DNA of 64,000 nucleotides, from positions 1,440,001-1,504,000 of the forward strand of contig CBDFGR010000002.1 of the NCBI GenBank assembly GCA_965247115.1. The letters are read 5' to 3'. The stretch is from Myxococcota bacterium (GTDB lineage: Bacteria > Myxococcota_A > UBA9160 > SZUA-336). Position numbers and translations under genes: made by a program. Positions 48,984 to 59,357 of this stretch are shown here, piece after piece. The first letter of the stretch is position 1. Every line of letters begins with the position of its first letter. The notes under the pieces were generated by a model, which saw nothing but the letters and a program-made list of their open reading frames with translations, was not told where the DNA came from and searched no databases.

Positions 48984-50125
48984 TCAGTCGAACGGGCTTG
49001 CAAACCTCGGATCGAGGACGAAGCTCTGGTCGGTCAGGCTCTGCAGGAAGTGGACGAGGTCGGCTCGCTCTTGCTCCCGCGCCACGAAACCGCGGACGAG
49101 TGGGCTCGTATACGGTTTCGGCGCGTCCCGCGCTGCGCCCGTTCCGCGGCCGCCCGCCGCGTAGTGGTCGATCACCTGTTCGAGCGTCGCGATGCTGCCA
49201 TCGTGCATGTAGGGCGCGGTGAGCGCAATGTTGCGGAGTGTCGGCGCACGAAAGCGACCGGTATCCTCGGGCCGCTTGGTGAACGCGCGCAGACCGGGAT
49301 TGTCAGGGGGATAGAGCCCGCTTCCCTGCAAGTTGTACAGGCCAGTGTTGTGAAAGACGCCCGGTGCGGCGGCTCCCCGGTAGCGCACAGGCCCCGAGAG
49401 ATTGAACCCGCCGTGACACTCCGAGCAGCGCACGCGCTCCGAGAAGAACAGACGCATGCCACGTCGTGCGGAGGCCGAGAGGCCCTCGCGCTCGTCCGCG
49501 TACACGAGCCGATCGTACGCTGAGTTGCCCGAGATCAGGGTGCGCGTGAAGCTGGCGAGCGCCTTGATGACAGTCTCGATCGTGATAGGATCGCCGACTT
49601 CCGGAAAGGCGGCGAGAAACAGCTCTTCGTAGCCAGGCGCGTCTCGCAGCCGAGCGAGCACGAGGTCCTTGCTTCCCGCGACTCCGAGCTCGATCGGGTT
49701 CTCGTTCAGAAGCGGGATGTGGATCTGGTCCTCGAGGCTTTCGAGGTCGGGGTTGGCCACGTGAAGGTCGCGTTGTACGCGACATTGGCCAATGTCATCG
49801 AGCTGCGCAGATGAAGCTCGCCTGTGGACCCTAGCGCGCGCGGGAGCCCGTCCGTAAAGGCGAGCTCCTGTCGGTGGCAGGACACGCAGGACGCGCTCGC
49901 GTTGCCCGACAGGCGGAGGTCATAGAAGAGATGTCGCCCCAGCTCGACCTTTGCACCCGACATCGGGTTCCCAGCGGGCACTACGGGTGTCGGGAAGCCG
50001 GGTGGCAGCGACCACTCGAACGCATCGGGCGCCGACAGCTCGGACGGCACGGCCCGCTGGCCGCATGCAAAGAGGCTGGCCCCGGAAAGCGCGCAGCAGG
50101 CGAAGAGAGCGCGCGCTCCTACCAG
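48984..50125 (-). pseudogene. MbnH-like di-heme enzyme (bCcP/MauG superfamily), frameshifted near 49757
   Basis: Frame 1: lipoprotein-like leader (SLFAC), [32 protein letters not shown]. Frame 2: ANPDL, CSECH, FRAPTLRNIALTAPYMHDGS. One G is missing at TGG|(G)CC; this could be a sequencing error. Start codon uncertain. Confidence 0.8.
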
Positions 50126-50817
50126 CGACCGAGGTCCGTCTCCGAGAGACGTGCGGTCTGCTGAGCGATCTCGCGGCGTTCTCGGACCCAGGTGGCGAAC
50201 CCCGCCAGAGCCTCTGGCGCCAGTCCATCCGGCTGACGTTCGCGCTGCTGCACGAAGGCCTGCATAGCCTGCATCAGCTCGTCGGCACGGGCGCGTTCCA
50301 GGACGAACAGCTGCACGTAGGCCGCCTTGACCTCGTCGAGCCGGCCCAGGCCGAGGTACGCTTCTGCGCGGTACTCGACCGCCTCCGCGTAGGCCGGCTG
50401 CAGTCGGAGCGCCTCGTCGTACGCCTGGAGGGCCGCCTCGTACTGCCCGGTCCGGCGCAGGGCATACCCCAGGCTGCTATGCGCCTGATAGAGGATCGGG
50501 TTCTTGTCGATGGCGCGTCGGAAGTCCTTGATTGACTTCTTGAACTGCTTCTGGGCCTTGGCCTCGAGCTTGCTGCGCTTCTTCTCGGAATCGGCCTCCG
50601 CGGCCTTGGCCTCGTACTTCCAGGCCTTGTCGCGCTTCTTCAGTCCACGATTGTAGCGGGACTCGGCGATCTCCTCTGGCGTACGAGCGAGATCCGCTGA
50701 GGGACCCATACCGCCGACTTGGGTGGGGGCTCCGCCGCTGGAGCCACCCGCCGCGAGCGCATAGCCCGGAAGGAGAACGAACATCGCGAACATTGCTCCG
50801 AATTTCTTCAGGGTCAC
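50119..50817 (-). CDS. Exported tetratricopeptide-repeat protein
   Basis: Signal peptide (ALA), TPRs [36 protein letters not shown] 50817. Confidence 0.8.
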   Translation of the reverse strand: MTLKKFGAMFAMFVLLPGYALAAGGSSGGAPTQVGGMGPSADLARTPEEIAESRYNRGLKKRDKAWKYEAKAAEADSEKKRSKLEAKAQKQFKKSIKDFRRAIDKNPILYQAHSSLGYALRRTGQYEAALQAYDEALRLQPAYAEAVEYRAEAYLGLGRLDEVKAAYVQLFVLERARADELMQAMQAFVQQRERQPDGLAPEALAGFATWVRERREIAQQTARLSETDLGRW

Positions 50818-50842
50818 GTCTAGCCCTCCAGAGTGTTCCCCG

Positions 50843-50858
50843 CGCAAGGCGCGTGCCG
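50843..50858 (-). promoter_or_regulatory. Sigma54 (-24/-12) promoter of the TPR-mbnH operon
   Basis: CGGCACGCGCCTTGCG fits TGGCACG-N4-TTGC (GG-N10-GC), spaced to leave the SD in the transcript. Confidence 0.65.
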
Positions 50859-50907
50859 TGTGAGGCGTACGCCAGTATATAGTGTGTCCCGTCGAGAGGG
50901 GAGAAGC

Positions 50908-51041
50908 ATGAGCGACTCGAGGGTGGCATTCGTGACCGGCGGGGCGGGCGGGATCGGAAGCGCGATCTGGCCTCGGATGCCGCTGGCTTCATCACGGGCC
51001 AGACGCTGTCCGTGAGCGGCGGCCTGACCATGTCTGGATAG
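50908..51041 (+). pseudogene. SDR oxidoreductase relic with large internal deletion
   Basis: MSDSRVAFVTGGAGGIGSAI joined out of frame to LASDAAGFITGQTLSVSGGLTMSG*, the two termini of an SDR; SD GGGGAG intact. Confidence 0.85.
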
Positions 51042-51103
51042 GTTCTTGTGCCACTCCGGTCTACGACCTTCGCTGCGCCAGACACTCGCTACAATGACGC
51101 GCC

Positions 51104-52267
51104 ATGAAGACGTCCCTGTTCTACCTGCCGATCGTCGGTAATCGCGCGGAGATCGAGTCCGGCATGGCCGGGACGCGGGGCGAGCTTTACGACCGCATGC
51201 TCGCCGAGATCAGCGAGCAGGCCGTGCTTGCGGACGAGCTTGGCTACGATTCCATCAGCTTCACGGAGCACCACTTCCACATCGAGGGCTTCGAGCTCTC
51301 GAACAACCCCGTCATGCTCGACCTGTTCATCGGCATGCAGACGAAGCGCCTGCGAGTCGGGCAGCTGGGGATCGTCCTGCCGGCCAACAACCCGATCCGT
51401 GTTGCGGAGGACATCGCCATGCTGGACCGCATGACGGGCGGACGGGCCTGCGCGGGCTTCGCGCGCGGCTACCAGCGTCGCTGGGTGGATATCATGGCGC
51501 AGCAGATGCACGGCATTCACGGCGCCTTGCCCCACCAGCACGATGAGATCGACGCGGCGAACCGCGCGGCTTTCGAAGAGAGCTTCCGCATCATCAAGCA
51601 GGCTTGGAGCGACGAGCTGTTGGAGTTCCAGGGAAAGTACTGGCGCGTGCCCGCGGGCGAGACCCCCTGGGACATGGAGTCCACGAGGCGTCATGGGGCC
51701 GGCGTCGAGGACAAGTTGCTGAAGGCGGTCGGCGTCGTGCCAAAGCCTGTTCAGAGGCCGCACCCGCCGCTGTTCCAGCCCTTCGCCTCGTCGGAGCGCA
51801 GCATCCGCTGGTGCGCAGAGGAGGGCGTCACCGCGATCTTGCCCCCGCTTCACCCGAGCCTGGAGCGTCGCCTGTTCGAGCTCTACGCCGAGGTGTCGGG
51901 GCGCCCCATCGGCGAGGGCGTGGGGGTGCTCCGCGACGTCATCGTGGCTGACAGCGATGAAGAGGCGATGCGCCTCTGGTCGAACAGCGCTGCCTTCGTT
52001 GGAGCAGCCTGGTTCGAGCCCTTCGGCTTCTCGCGCGGGCTCGCGGATCCCGCCACGGGCGAGCGTCCCGACCTGTTCCAGGAAGGGCTGGCGCTCGTCG
52101 GCTCCGCAGACACGGTAACCCGCCAGCTCGAGCGCCTCCTCGACCGGCTCCCGGCCAAGTGGCTGTTCGCGTGGCAGTACAACTCCTGCATACCTCACGC
52201 GGACCTGATGCGCTCGATCGAGGCTTTCTCGTCGAAGGTGCTGCCCCGCGTATCGACTCCGGACTAG
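51104..52267 (+). CDS. LLM-class flavin-dependent oxidoreductase
   Basis: ADELGYDSISFTEHHF, NPIRVAEDIAMLD, PKPVQRPHPP. Confidence 0.9.
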   Translation: MKTSLFYLPIVGNRAEIESGMAGTRGELYDRMLAEISEQAVLADELGYDSISFTEHHFHIEGFELSNNPVMLDLFIGMQTKRLRVGQLGIVLPANNPIRVAEDIAMLDRMTGGRACAGFARGYQRRWVDIMAQQMHGIHGALPHQHDEIDAANRAAFEESFRIIKQAWSDELLEFQGKYWRVPAGETPWDMESTRRHGAGVEDKLLKAVGVVPKPVQRPHPPLFQPFASSERSIRWCAEEGVTAILPPLHPSLERRLFELYAEVSGRPIGEGVGVLRDVIVADSDEEAMRLWSNSAAFVGAAWFEPFGFSRGLADPATGERPDLFQEGLALVGSADTVTRQLERLLDRLPAKWLFAWQYNSCIPHADLMRSIEAFSSKVLPRVSTPD

Positions 52268-52270
52268 CAC

Positions 52271-53647
52271 GTGGAGCGGTTGAGCCCGCAGGATGCATTC
52301 TTTCTGCGCGCCGAGAACGAGACGAGCCACATGCACAGCGCGTCCGTGGCTGTCTTCGAAGGCCCGGCGCCGAGCCTCGACGAGACCGTCGAGCTGGTGA
52401 GATCCAAGCTGCACCGGGTGCCGCGGTACCGGCAACGCGCTCGCTTCGTGCCGCTAGAGCTGGGACGTCCCGTATGGGTCGACGATCCGCACTTCAACAT
52501 CGACTACCATGTTCGCCATACATCGCTGCCGAGACCGGGCAGCGACGAGCAGCTGCGCAACCTGGTCGGACGCGTGATGTCGCAGCAACTCGACCGGGCG
52601 AAGCCGCTGTGGGAGTTGTGGGTCACCGAGGGGCTCGCGAACGGCGAGCAGTGGGCGATCCTGTCGAAGAACCATCACTGTATGGTAGACGGCGTCTCCG
52701 GCACCGACCTTCTCAGCGTGATGATGGACCGGGAGCCGCGTCCGCGCCGCTCCAAGCCCGAAGCTTGGCAGCCCGAGTCCTCGCCGTCGGACGCAGGCAT
52801 GCTCCTGGCTGCCGCGCGGGATCGCCTGTTTAGCCTCCCCGAGCTGATGCGCGGGGCGCGCTCGCTGTTGGGCGGACCCGGCCGCGTCGCAGCAACGGTG
52901 CTCGAGCTGGCCCATGACCTGGGTAGCGTGCTCCAGCTCTTCGCCGGAGAGACCGAGTCCTCGCTTGTCGGCAGCATCGGCCCTCATCGACACTGGAGCT
53001 GGGCGACCTCGACGCTCGAGAGCGTGAAGAAGATCCGCGGCGCACACGGGGGAACAGTGAACGACGTCGTGCTCGCCGTGGTCGCGCGGGGCTTTCGCGA
53101 CCTCCTGCGCTCTCGCGGCGAGACCACAGTCGATCGGGTCGTCCGCACCTTCGTGCCGGTGTCGGTGCGCACGGAAGAGGAGCGGGGAGCCTACAACAAC
53201 CGCGTATCCGCGGTGTTCGCGGATCTTCCGGTCGGCAGCGCCGATCCCCTCGCGCGCCTCCACGCGGTAAGGGCACAGCTGGAGCGACTCAAAGAACGCG
53301 AGCAGGCGGTCGCGGCGGAGACCCTGACCTCGCTCTCCGGCTTCGCGCCTCCGGTGCTGCTCTCACTCGGTACCAGGCTCTTCGCGCAATCAGAGCCGAC
53401 ACTCGCGCAGACGCTGACGACGAACGTCCCTGGGCCTCAACAGCCGCTCTACGTGGTCGGTCGGCGCATGCTTGCCACTCATCCCTACGTGCCACTGAAG
53501 GGCTCGGTTCGGATCGGCGTCGCCATCTTCTCGTACGTGGGCCAGCTCAGCTTTGGCATCACGGGGGACTACGAGAGCGCCCCGGACATCGGCGTGATGT
53601 GCGCGGGGATCGAGGAGGGCATAGCCGAGCTGCTCGACCTCTCGTAG
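52271..53647 (+). CDS. Wax ester synthase/diacylglycerol acyltransferase
   Basis: LSPQDAFFL, HHCMVDGVSG, TVNDVVLA, TNVPGP. Confidence 0.93.
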   Translation: MERLSPQDAFFLRAENETSHMHSASVAVFEGPAPSLDETVELVRSKLHRVPRYRQRARFVPLELGRPVWVDDPHFNIDYHVRHTSLPRPGSDEQLRNLVGRVMSQQLDRAKPLWELWVTEGLANGEQWAILSKNHHCMVDGVSGTDLLSVMMDREPRPRRSKPEAWQPESSPSDAGMLLAAARDRLFSLPELMRGARSLLGGPGRVAATVLELAHDLGSVLQLFAGETESSLVGSIGPHRHWSWATSTLESVKKIRGAHGGTVNDVVLAVVARGFRDLLRSRGETTVDRVVRTFVPVSVRTEEERGAYNNRVSAVFADLPVGSADPLARLHAVRAQLERLKEREQAVAAETLTSLSGFAPPVLLSLGTRLFAQSEPTLAQTLTTNVPGPQQPLYVVGRRMLATHPYVPLKGSVRIGVAIFSYVGQLSFGITGDYESAPDIGVMCAGIEEGIAELLDLS

Positions 53648-53716
53648 GCCGAGAGCTAGCGCACCTGCTGCCGCGTCGCCGCGCAGTTCCACAGTCGCGT
53701 CCGCTATGCTCAGGCC

Positions 53717-54895
53717 ATGAAGCGGATCCTCCTCTCGCTCGTGGTTCTCCTGGTCTTCAGTGCTGGCGCGTGCAACGTGCTCTGGCCCGAGCGCTACACG
53801 GTGAACGCCCCGTTGTTGCGGATGCTGCGCGGTGCGGCCCCACCAGAGGCCGACGTCATCCAGAGCCGTCTCGTGGTGCCGGAGGGGTTCTCCGTTGCCG
53901 AGTACGCAAGCGGGCTCCCGAACGCCCGCTTCTTGCGTTTCACATCGACGGGGGACTTGCTCGTGAGTCAGCCCCGCGCCGGTCACGTCTCGTTGCTCGA
54001 GCGCGACGCAACCGCCGACGGTCGCGCGGACGGGATGCGTGTCCTGATCGGCGACTTGAACCGGCCCCACGGCATGGAGCTCCACCAAGGCTGGCTCTAC
54101 ATTGCGGAGATGGACGCGGTCGGCCGCGTCCGCTTCGACGCCGCCGCGCGCAGCATCGACGGAGAGTACGAGCGGATCGTGACCGGGCTTCCGGCTGGCG
54201 GAAACCACTGGACGCGCACCGTCCGCATCGGCCCCGACGGCTTGCTCTACATCTCCGTCGGATCGAGCTGCAACGCGTGCGAGGAGCGCGACCCCAGGCG
54301 CGCGGCCATTCTCCGCTACCAGGCCGACGGCAGCGAGCCCGAGCTCTATGCCACAGGACTTCGCAACGCGGTGGGCTTCGACTGGCGCCCAGGCAGCGGA
54401 GAGCTCTTCGCGACCGACAACGGTCGCGATCTGCTCGGTGACAACTTCCCGCCCTGCGAGCTCAACCGGGTCGAGCGCGGGGGCTTCTACGGCTGGCCGT
54501 TCGCCAACGGCGAGCGCGTACCGGACCCCGACCTGAGCGCGGGAAACGCAGATCGCATCGAGAGCTCCATTCCTCCCGCGTACGGGTTCGCGGCGCACAC
54601 CGCACCCCTCGGGATCACGTTCCTGCGCGAAGAGTCCACGCCCACTGCGCTCGTCGACGCCGCGCTCGTGGCGCTGCACGGCTCGTGGAACCGCACCGAG
54701 AAGGACGGCTACAAGGTCGTCTCGCTCCACTGGGCGGAGGACGGCTCGATCCGCGAACGAGACTTCCTGGTCGGCTTCGAGGTCGACGAGGATGTGATCG
54801 GTCGCCCCGTCGACGTGGCGCAGGGACCGGACGGTGCGATCTACGTGTCCGACGACTTCGCCGGGATGGTCTATCGAGTCGCCTTCGGAGAGTGA
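53717..54895 (+). CDS. PQQ-dependent sugar/sorbosone dehydrogenase family lipoprotein
   Basis: HWTRT, LYISVGSSCNAC, GLRNAVG, DNGRD, HGSWNR, GRPVDV. Confidence 0.88.
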   Translation: MKRILLSLVVLLVFSAGACNVLWPERYTVNAPLLRMLRGAAPPEADVIQSRLVVPEGFSVAEYASGLPNARFLRFTSTGDLLVSQPRAGHVSLLERDATADGRADGMRVLIGDLNRPHGMELHQGWLYIAEMDAVGRVRFDAAARSIDGEYERIVTGLPAGGNHWTRTVRIGPDGLLYISVGSSCNACEERDPRRAAILRYQADGSEPELYATGLRNAVGFDWRPGSGELFATDNGRDLLGDNFPPCELNRVERGGFYGWPFANGERVPDPDLSAGNADRIESSIPPAYGFAAHTAPLGITFLREESTPTALVDAALVALHGSWNRTEKDGYKVVSLHWAEDGSIRERDFLVGFEVDEDVIGRPVDVAQGPDGAIYVSDDFAGMVYRVAFGE

Positions 54896-54899
54896 GGGG

Positions 54900-56453
54900 T
54901 CACTCCGCGCGCAGCTCCTCGAACAGCGTCCGGGCTACCTCGGCGGGACCCCGCCCCCGCTCGTCCACCTCGAGGTTCAGCCGCTGCATCGCGCTCTCGT
55001 CCAGGATGCCCTCCAGCCGCTGCAGCGCCTGGACGACGTCGGGCGCTTCTCGCGCCAGCCGCGATCCAACGAGCACGATCGCATCGTAGGGAGGAATGAC
55101 GCCGCGATCGTCCTCGAGCAGGCGCAGCTCGAAGGCGGCGATGCGACCGTCCGTCGAGAACGCACTGATCACATCGACGTCCCCGGACGCGGCCGCCTGG
55201 TACATCAACGAGGAGTCCATGCTGCGCTGCTGACGAAAGCCGAGCCCGTACGTCTCCTCCAGCGCCTTCCACTCCGGACGCACGAAGAACTCGTAGTCGC
55301 CTCCGATCTCGAGCGATCCGGCGACGGGAACCAGGTCGCTGATGCTGCGCACGCCGAGCTCGACTGCGCGATCCTCGCGCATGGCCAGGGCGTACGTGTT
55401 CTCGAAGCCGAACGCCGCGGCGACAACGACTCCGTACTCCTCGGGCAGCGCGTCTCGCACCTCCTGCAGAACAGCTGCGCGGGTGCCCGCGAGGCCGTCG
55501 CGCTTGAGAATCGTGGCCCAGATGGTCCCGGTATAGTCGACGTAGAGGTCGACGTCCCCGGCTCCTAGCGCGTCGAAGAGCACCGTGGAGCCGAGCGACT
55601 GTACGGCGCGGGTCGGTCTTCCGGTCTCACTCTCGATCCAGAGCGAGAGGAGCTCGCTCAGGATGTACTGCTCCGTGAAGGTCTTCGAGCCTACCGCCAC
55701 GCGCCGAACGGACTCTCCGCTACGCTCCCAGAGCATGGAGCCCGCGGTAAAGACGTAGAGCAGGCCCAGCACGCTTGCGGCCAGCGCGAGCAAGCCCCGC
55801 CGGCGAGCCTGCACACCAACTTCGATTGCGCGGATGATCTGGTCGAGCAGAGCCGCCAGCCCCGCAGCCGCGACGCAGCCGACCAGCACCGCGCTCAGGT
55901 TGCGGGTCTGCAGTCCGCTGAAGATGTAGTTCCCGAGGCTGGTCGCGCCTACCGGAGTCGAGAGCGTCGCCGTTCCGATGACCCAGACGGTGGCCGTGCG
56001 GACTCCCGCCACCATGATCGGCAGAGCGAGTGGAAGCTCGACGCGCAGGAGCTTCTGCCGCTCCGTCATCCCCACGCCGCGCGCGGCTTCCGTGAGCGCC
56101 GGGTCCACGCCATTGATCCCCGCCACGGTCGTCTGCACGATCGGCAGCATGCTGTACAGCGTGAGCGCGAGCAGCGCGGGCAGGAAGCCGATGCTCCGGA
56201 GCTCGACGCCGAACGACGACGTCGTGAGGGCGCTGAGCGCGGCGAGCGCGGGCACCATGAGCGCGAGCAGCGCAAGGCTCGGAATGGTCTGAACGACCCC
56301 CACCGTCGCGAGCACACCCTGTGCGAGCGCTGGCCGCCGCGTGATCCAGATCCCGAGCGGCATGCTGATGAGCGTGCCCAGGAGGAGCGCGAGCAGCGAG
56401 AGCTGCAGGTGCGCCGTCAGGTAGCCAGGGAGCAGGGCGAGCTGCTCGCTCAT
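54900..56453 (-). CDS. Osmoprotectant ABC transporter permease fused to substrate-binding domain
   Basis: QTIPSLALL, EAARGVGM, VGSKTFTEQYIL, YVDYTGT, FGFENTYAL, PPYDA. Confidence 0.92.
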   Translation of the reverse strand: MSEQLALLPGYLTAHLQLSLLALLLGTLISMPLGIWITRRPALAQGVLATVGVVQTIPSLALLALMVPALAALSALTTSSFGVELRSIGFLPALLALTLYSMLPIVQTTVAGINGVDPALTEAARGVGMTERQKLLRVELPLALPIMVAGVRTATVWVIGTATLSTPVGATSLGNYIFSGLQTRNLSAVLVGCVAAAGLAALLDQIIRAIEVGVQARRRGLLALAASVLGLLYVFTAGSMLWERSGESVRRVAVGSKTFTEQYILSELLSLWIESETGRPTRAVQSLGSTVLFDALGAGDVDLYVDYTGTIWATILKRDGLAGTRAAVLQEVRDALPEEYGVVVAAAFGFENTYALAMREDRAVELGVRSISDLVPVAGSLEIGGDYEFFVRPEWKALEETYGLGFRQQRSMDSSLMYQAAASGDVDVISAFSTDGRIAAFELRLLEDDRGVIPPYDAIVLVGSRLAREAPDVVQALQRLEGILDESAMQRLNLEVDERGRGPAEVARTLFEELRAE

Positions 56454-57229
56454 GCCGGTCCGTTTCTAGGACCGACCCCGAGCAGCGCGTCCACCTGCTC
56501 GGCCTGGCGGCGTGGGGTCTCCATGAGCCCGGCCACGATGGGACCGTCGGGATCCAACAGCAGCTCGCGCGGCGAGCCGACCTGCACGAGGCGACCCGCA
56601 TCCAGCACGGCAATTCGATCACCGAGCACGAGCGCCTCGACCATGTCGTGCGTGACGAAGACGATGCTGATCCCCAGCTCGCCCTGGATCGCCTTCAGGC
56701 GCTGCTGGAGCCGATCCCGCGTGAGCGGATCGAGCGAGCCGAAGGGCTCGTCCATCAACAGAATCTCCGGGCGCGCGGCCAGGGCTCGCGCGATGCCGAT
56801 GCGCTGCTGCTGACCACCGGAGAGCTCGTCGGGCATGCGTTCGCAAAAGCTCTCGGGCTCGAGCTCCACGAGGGCGAGGAGCTCGTCGACGCGGTCGCGG
56901 CGCACCTCGTCGGACCAGCCGAGCAGGCGTGGCGTGACCTCTATGTTCTCCGCCACGGAGAGGTGTGGGAACAGCCCGATCTGCTGAAAGCAGTAGCCGA
57001 TCTGTCTGCGCAGCAAGTGCGGCTCCAGGCTCCTCACATCCCTGCTGCCAATGCATACCCGACCACTCGTGGGCTCGATCAGGCGGTTGATCATCTTGAG
57101 CGTCGTGGTCTTGCCGCAGCCCGAGCTCCCGAGGAGGACCAGGAGCTCACCCCTGGCCACCTCCAGCGACAGGCTGTCGACCGCCAGGCTCGTGCCGTAG
57201 CGCTTCGTCAGATCCTCTAGCCGGATCAC
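56450..57229 (-). CDS. Osmoprotectant ABC transporter ATP-binding protein (OpuA/C-like)
   Basis: GSSGCGKTT, LSGGQQQR, MDEPFGSLD; GTG 57229. Confidence 0.92.
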   Translation of the reverse strand: MIRLEDLTKRYGTSLAVDSLSLEVARGELLVLLGSSGCGKTTTLKMINRLIEPTSGRVCIGSRDVRSLEPHLLRRQIGYCFQQIGLFPHLSVAENIEVTPRLLGWSDEVRRDRVDELLALVELEPESFCERMPDELSGGQQQRIGIARALAARPEILLMDEPFGSLDPLTRDRLQQRLKAIQGELGISIVFVTHDMVEALVLGDRIAVLDAGRLVQVGSPRELLLDPDGPIVAGLMETPRRQAEQVDALLGVGPRNGPA

Positions 57230-57282
57230 GACAAAGAGCGTACCGCCTGGCGACACGAGGTGCCGGTTCGCGAATCCCGTGC

Positions 57283-57309
57283 TCAAGTTCGCCAGACGGC
57301 AACCGATGT
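57283..57309 (+). promoter_or_regulatory. Sigma28-like promoter
   Basis: TCAAGTT...ACCGATGT (TCAA-N15-ACCGAT). Confidence 0.55.
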
Positions 57310-57338
57310 AGGAGCGACACTGCCGCTATGGAGGCGAT

Positions 57339-57920
57339 GTGATGCCCATCTCTACCCCCAAGACCGGACTCGAGCGCTCCCCGGGACTGGAGCGCTTGAT
57401 CTTCGACGAGAGTCAGCCCCAGAAGACCCAGATTGCACGCAAGGTGAGGGAAGCAACGCCCGGGGAGACGCAAGAGCTCGAGATCTCCGCTCGGGGACAG
57501 AGGCTGCGGCTCGAGGCGGAGCTGTTGCGTGGCACCCTCGGTGGCATCGAGGTAGCGATCTTTGGTCTGGACGACCCCGTCTATGAGCAGGCGGGCCGCA
57601 GCGAGTATCTCGAATCGATCGAGATCCCCGACGACTTCTCCGCGGCTGGCACTGCAGAGCGCATCCTGGGAGGGATCAGCGGCTACATCTACCGCGCGTT
57701 TCGGATGAGCAATCCCGACGCGAATCTGGCCGACTTCGCCCGCTTCAAGCAGGAGGCCCTTCGCGGCTTCGAGCAGGGCCTGGAGGAAGGCCGCGGCTAC
57801 ATCGAGGCCCTGGGGGATCTGACCGACGAGCGCTCGGAGCAGATCTCCGAGACCGAGGACCTGGTGCGCGACGGCCTCGAGGCGTTCTTCGATCGCGAAG
57901 AGGAGCGCTTCAGCGCTTGA
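57339..57920 (+). CDS. Acidic helical hypothetical protein (DUF5610-like)
   Basis: FSAAGTAERIL...RGFEQGLEEGRGYIEALG...ISETEDLV pattern; SD GGAGG. Confidence 0.6.
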   Translation: MMPISTPKTGLERSPGLERLIFDESQPQKTQIARKVREATPGETQELEISARGQRLRLEAELLRGTLGGIEVAIFGLDDPVYEQAGRSEYLESIEIPDDFSAAGTAERILGGISGYIYRAFRMSNPDANLADFARFKQEALRGFEQGLEEGRGYIEALGDLTDERSEQISETEDLVRDGLEAFFDREEERFSA

Positions 57921-59313
57921 GCGACGCCAGCTCCTGAAGCAGGTGAACGGAGGCCCGCGCTGCGCGACGGAAGTCCTCCGTGTGGAGGCTCTCGTTCTCC
58001 CCGTGCGCGTTGCAGATCGGGTCCTCGAGCCCGAGGAGCAGGGCCGGCACCCCGCCCAGCACCTCGCTGAAGGGAGCGACGAACGGGATCGTGCCCCCAC
58101 AGCCGATCTCGACGGCCTCTCGGCCGAAGCCGGCTGCGAGCGCCCGCCGCGCCGCGTCGAACGCCGGACCGCGGGGCTGTGTTCGCCAGCCACCGGCAGC
58201 CGCCTCGACGGAGGTCTCCACGCGTACTCCTCCGGGCGGGTCGCGCTCGAGAAAGTCGCGCAGGAGCCCTGCGGCGCGCGTCGGATCCTGACCGGGAGCA
58301 AGACGGAGCCCGACCCGGGCACGCGCTACGTCCATGAGCTGGTTCGCGGCGCCCTGCAGCGGCACGCCCTCCAGGGCCGTGATGGCAAGACTGGGGCGCC
58401 ACCAGAGCCGCTCCCATACCGAGTACTCGCTCTCGCCGCTGAAGTCTCCTGCAGCGAGCAGTCCGGCGTCATCCCGGAAACGCGCGCCATCGAAGGGCAG
58501 GCGCTCGATCTTCTCCCGTTCCGGCCCGTCCAGCGCGGCGACGTCGTCGTAGATTCCGGGCACCTGAATCACGCCGCGGTCGTCGACCAGGCGGGCCAGC
58601 AGGCGGATCAGGCAGCTTGCCGTGTCCGCAACCGGACCGCCCCACATTCCGCTGTGGATCGAGTGGTCCAGGGCGCGCACGCTCACGTCTACCGCAACGA
58701 GGCCGCGCAGGCTCGTGGTGAGCGAGGGCAGTCCCGTCTCCAGGTTGGCGGTGTCCGAAAGGATGATCACGTCGGCGGAGAGACGCTCGCGATGGGCGCG
58801 CAGGAACTCCGCCAGGTGTGGAGACCCGATCTCCTCCTCGCCCTCGACGATCAGCTTGACGTTCGTCGGCAGCTCGGAGCTCGCCTCGAGCCAGGCGCGC
58901 AGCGCAGCAAGGTGCAGCATCAGTCCCGCCTTGTCGTCGACCACCCCGCGTCCATACAGACGACCATCCGCGCGGTATGTGGGCTCGAAGGGCGGCGACT
59001 CCCAAAGCTCCTCGCGCCCCGGGGGCTGAACGTCGTGGTGCGCGTAGATCAGCACGGTCGTCGCAGCGGGTCCGTGGTCCACGCGTTCTCCGACGACGTA
59101 GGGATGAGCCCCACCCTGGGCCACGACCTCCACCTTCGAAAGCCCCGTGTCCCGCAGCAGCTCGGCCACCGCGTCGGCCGAGCGCGCCACCTGCGCCGGC
59201 TCGAAGCCCGCCGCGGACACACCCGGAATGCGAGCAAGCTCGCACAGTTGCGCGAACGTTCGAGCGAAGCCCTGCTCTAGCGCCGCGAGGGCCTGCTCGA
59301 GCTGCGCCATCAC
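57910..59313 (-). CDS. M20 family dipeptidase
   Basis: YAHHDVQP, GRGVVDDK, EGEEEIGS, GGTIP, AHGENE. Confidence 0.92.
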   Translation of the reverse strand: MMAQLEQALAALEQGFARTFAQLCELARIPGVSAAGFEPAQVARSADAVAELLRDTGLSKVEVVAQGGAHPYVVGERVDHGPAATTVLIYAHHDVQPPGREELWESPPFEPTYRADGRLYGRGVVDDKAGLMLHLAALRAWLEASSELPTNVKLIVEGEEEIGSPHLAEFLRAHRERLSADVIILSDTANLETGLPSLTTSLRGLVAVDVSVRALDHSIHSGMWGGPVADTASCLIRLLARLVDDRGVIQVPGIYDDVAALDGPEREKIERLPFDGARFRDDAGLLAAGDFSGESEYSVWERLWWRPSLAITALEGVPLQGAANQLMDVARARVGLRLAPGQDPTRAAGLLRDFLERDPPGGVRVETSVEAAAGGWRTQPRGPAFDAARRALAAGFGREAVEIGCGGTIPFVAPFSEVLGGVPALLLGLEDPICNAHGENESLHTEDFRRAARASVHLLQELASLKR

Positions 59314-59357
59314 TCCTCCCCAAACGGCAGAGTAGCAGAGCCGTTAGAATCCCCCGC

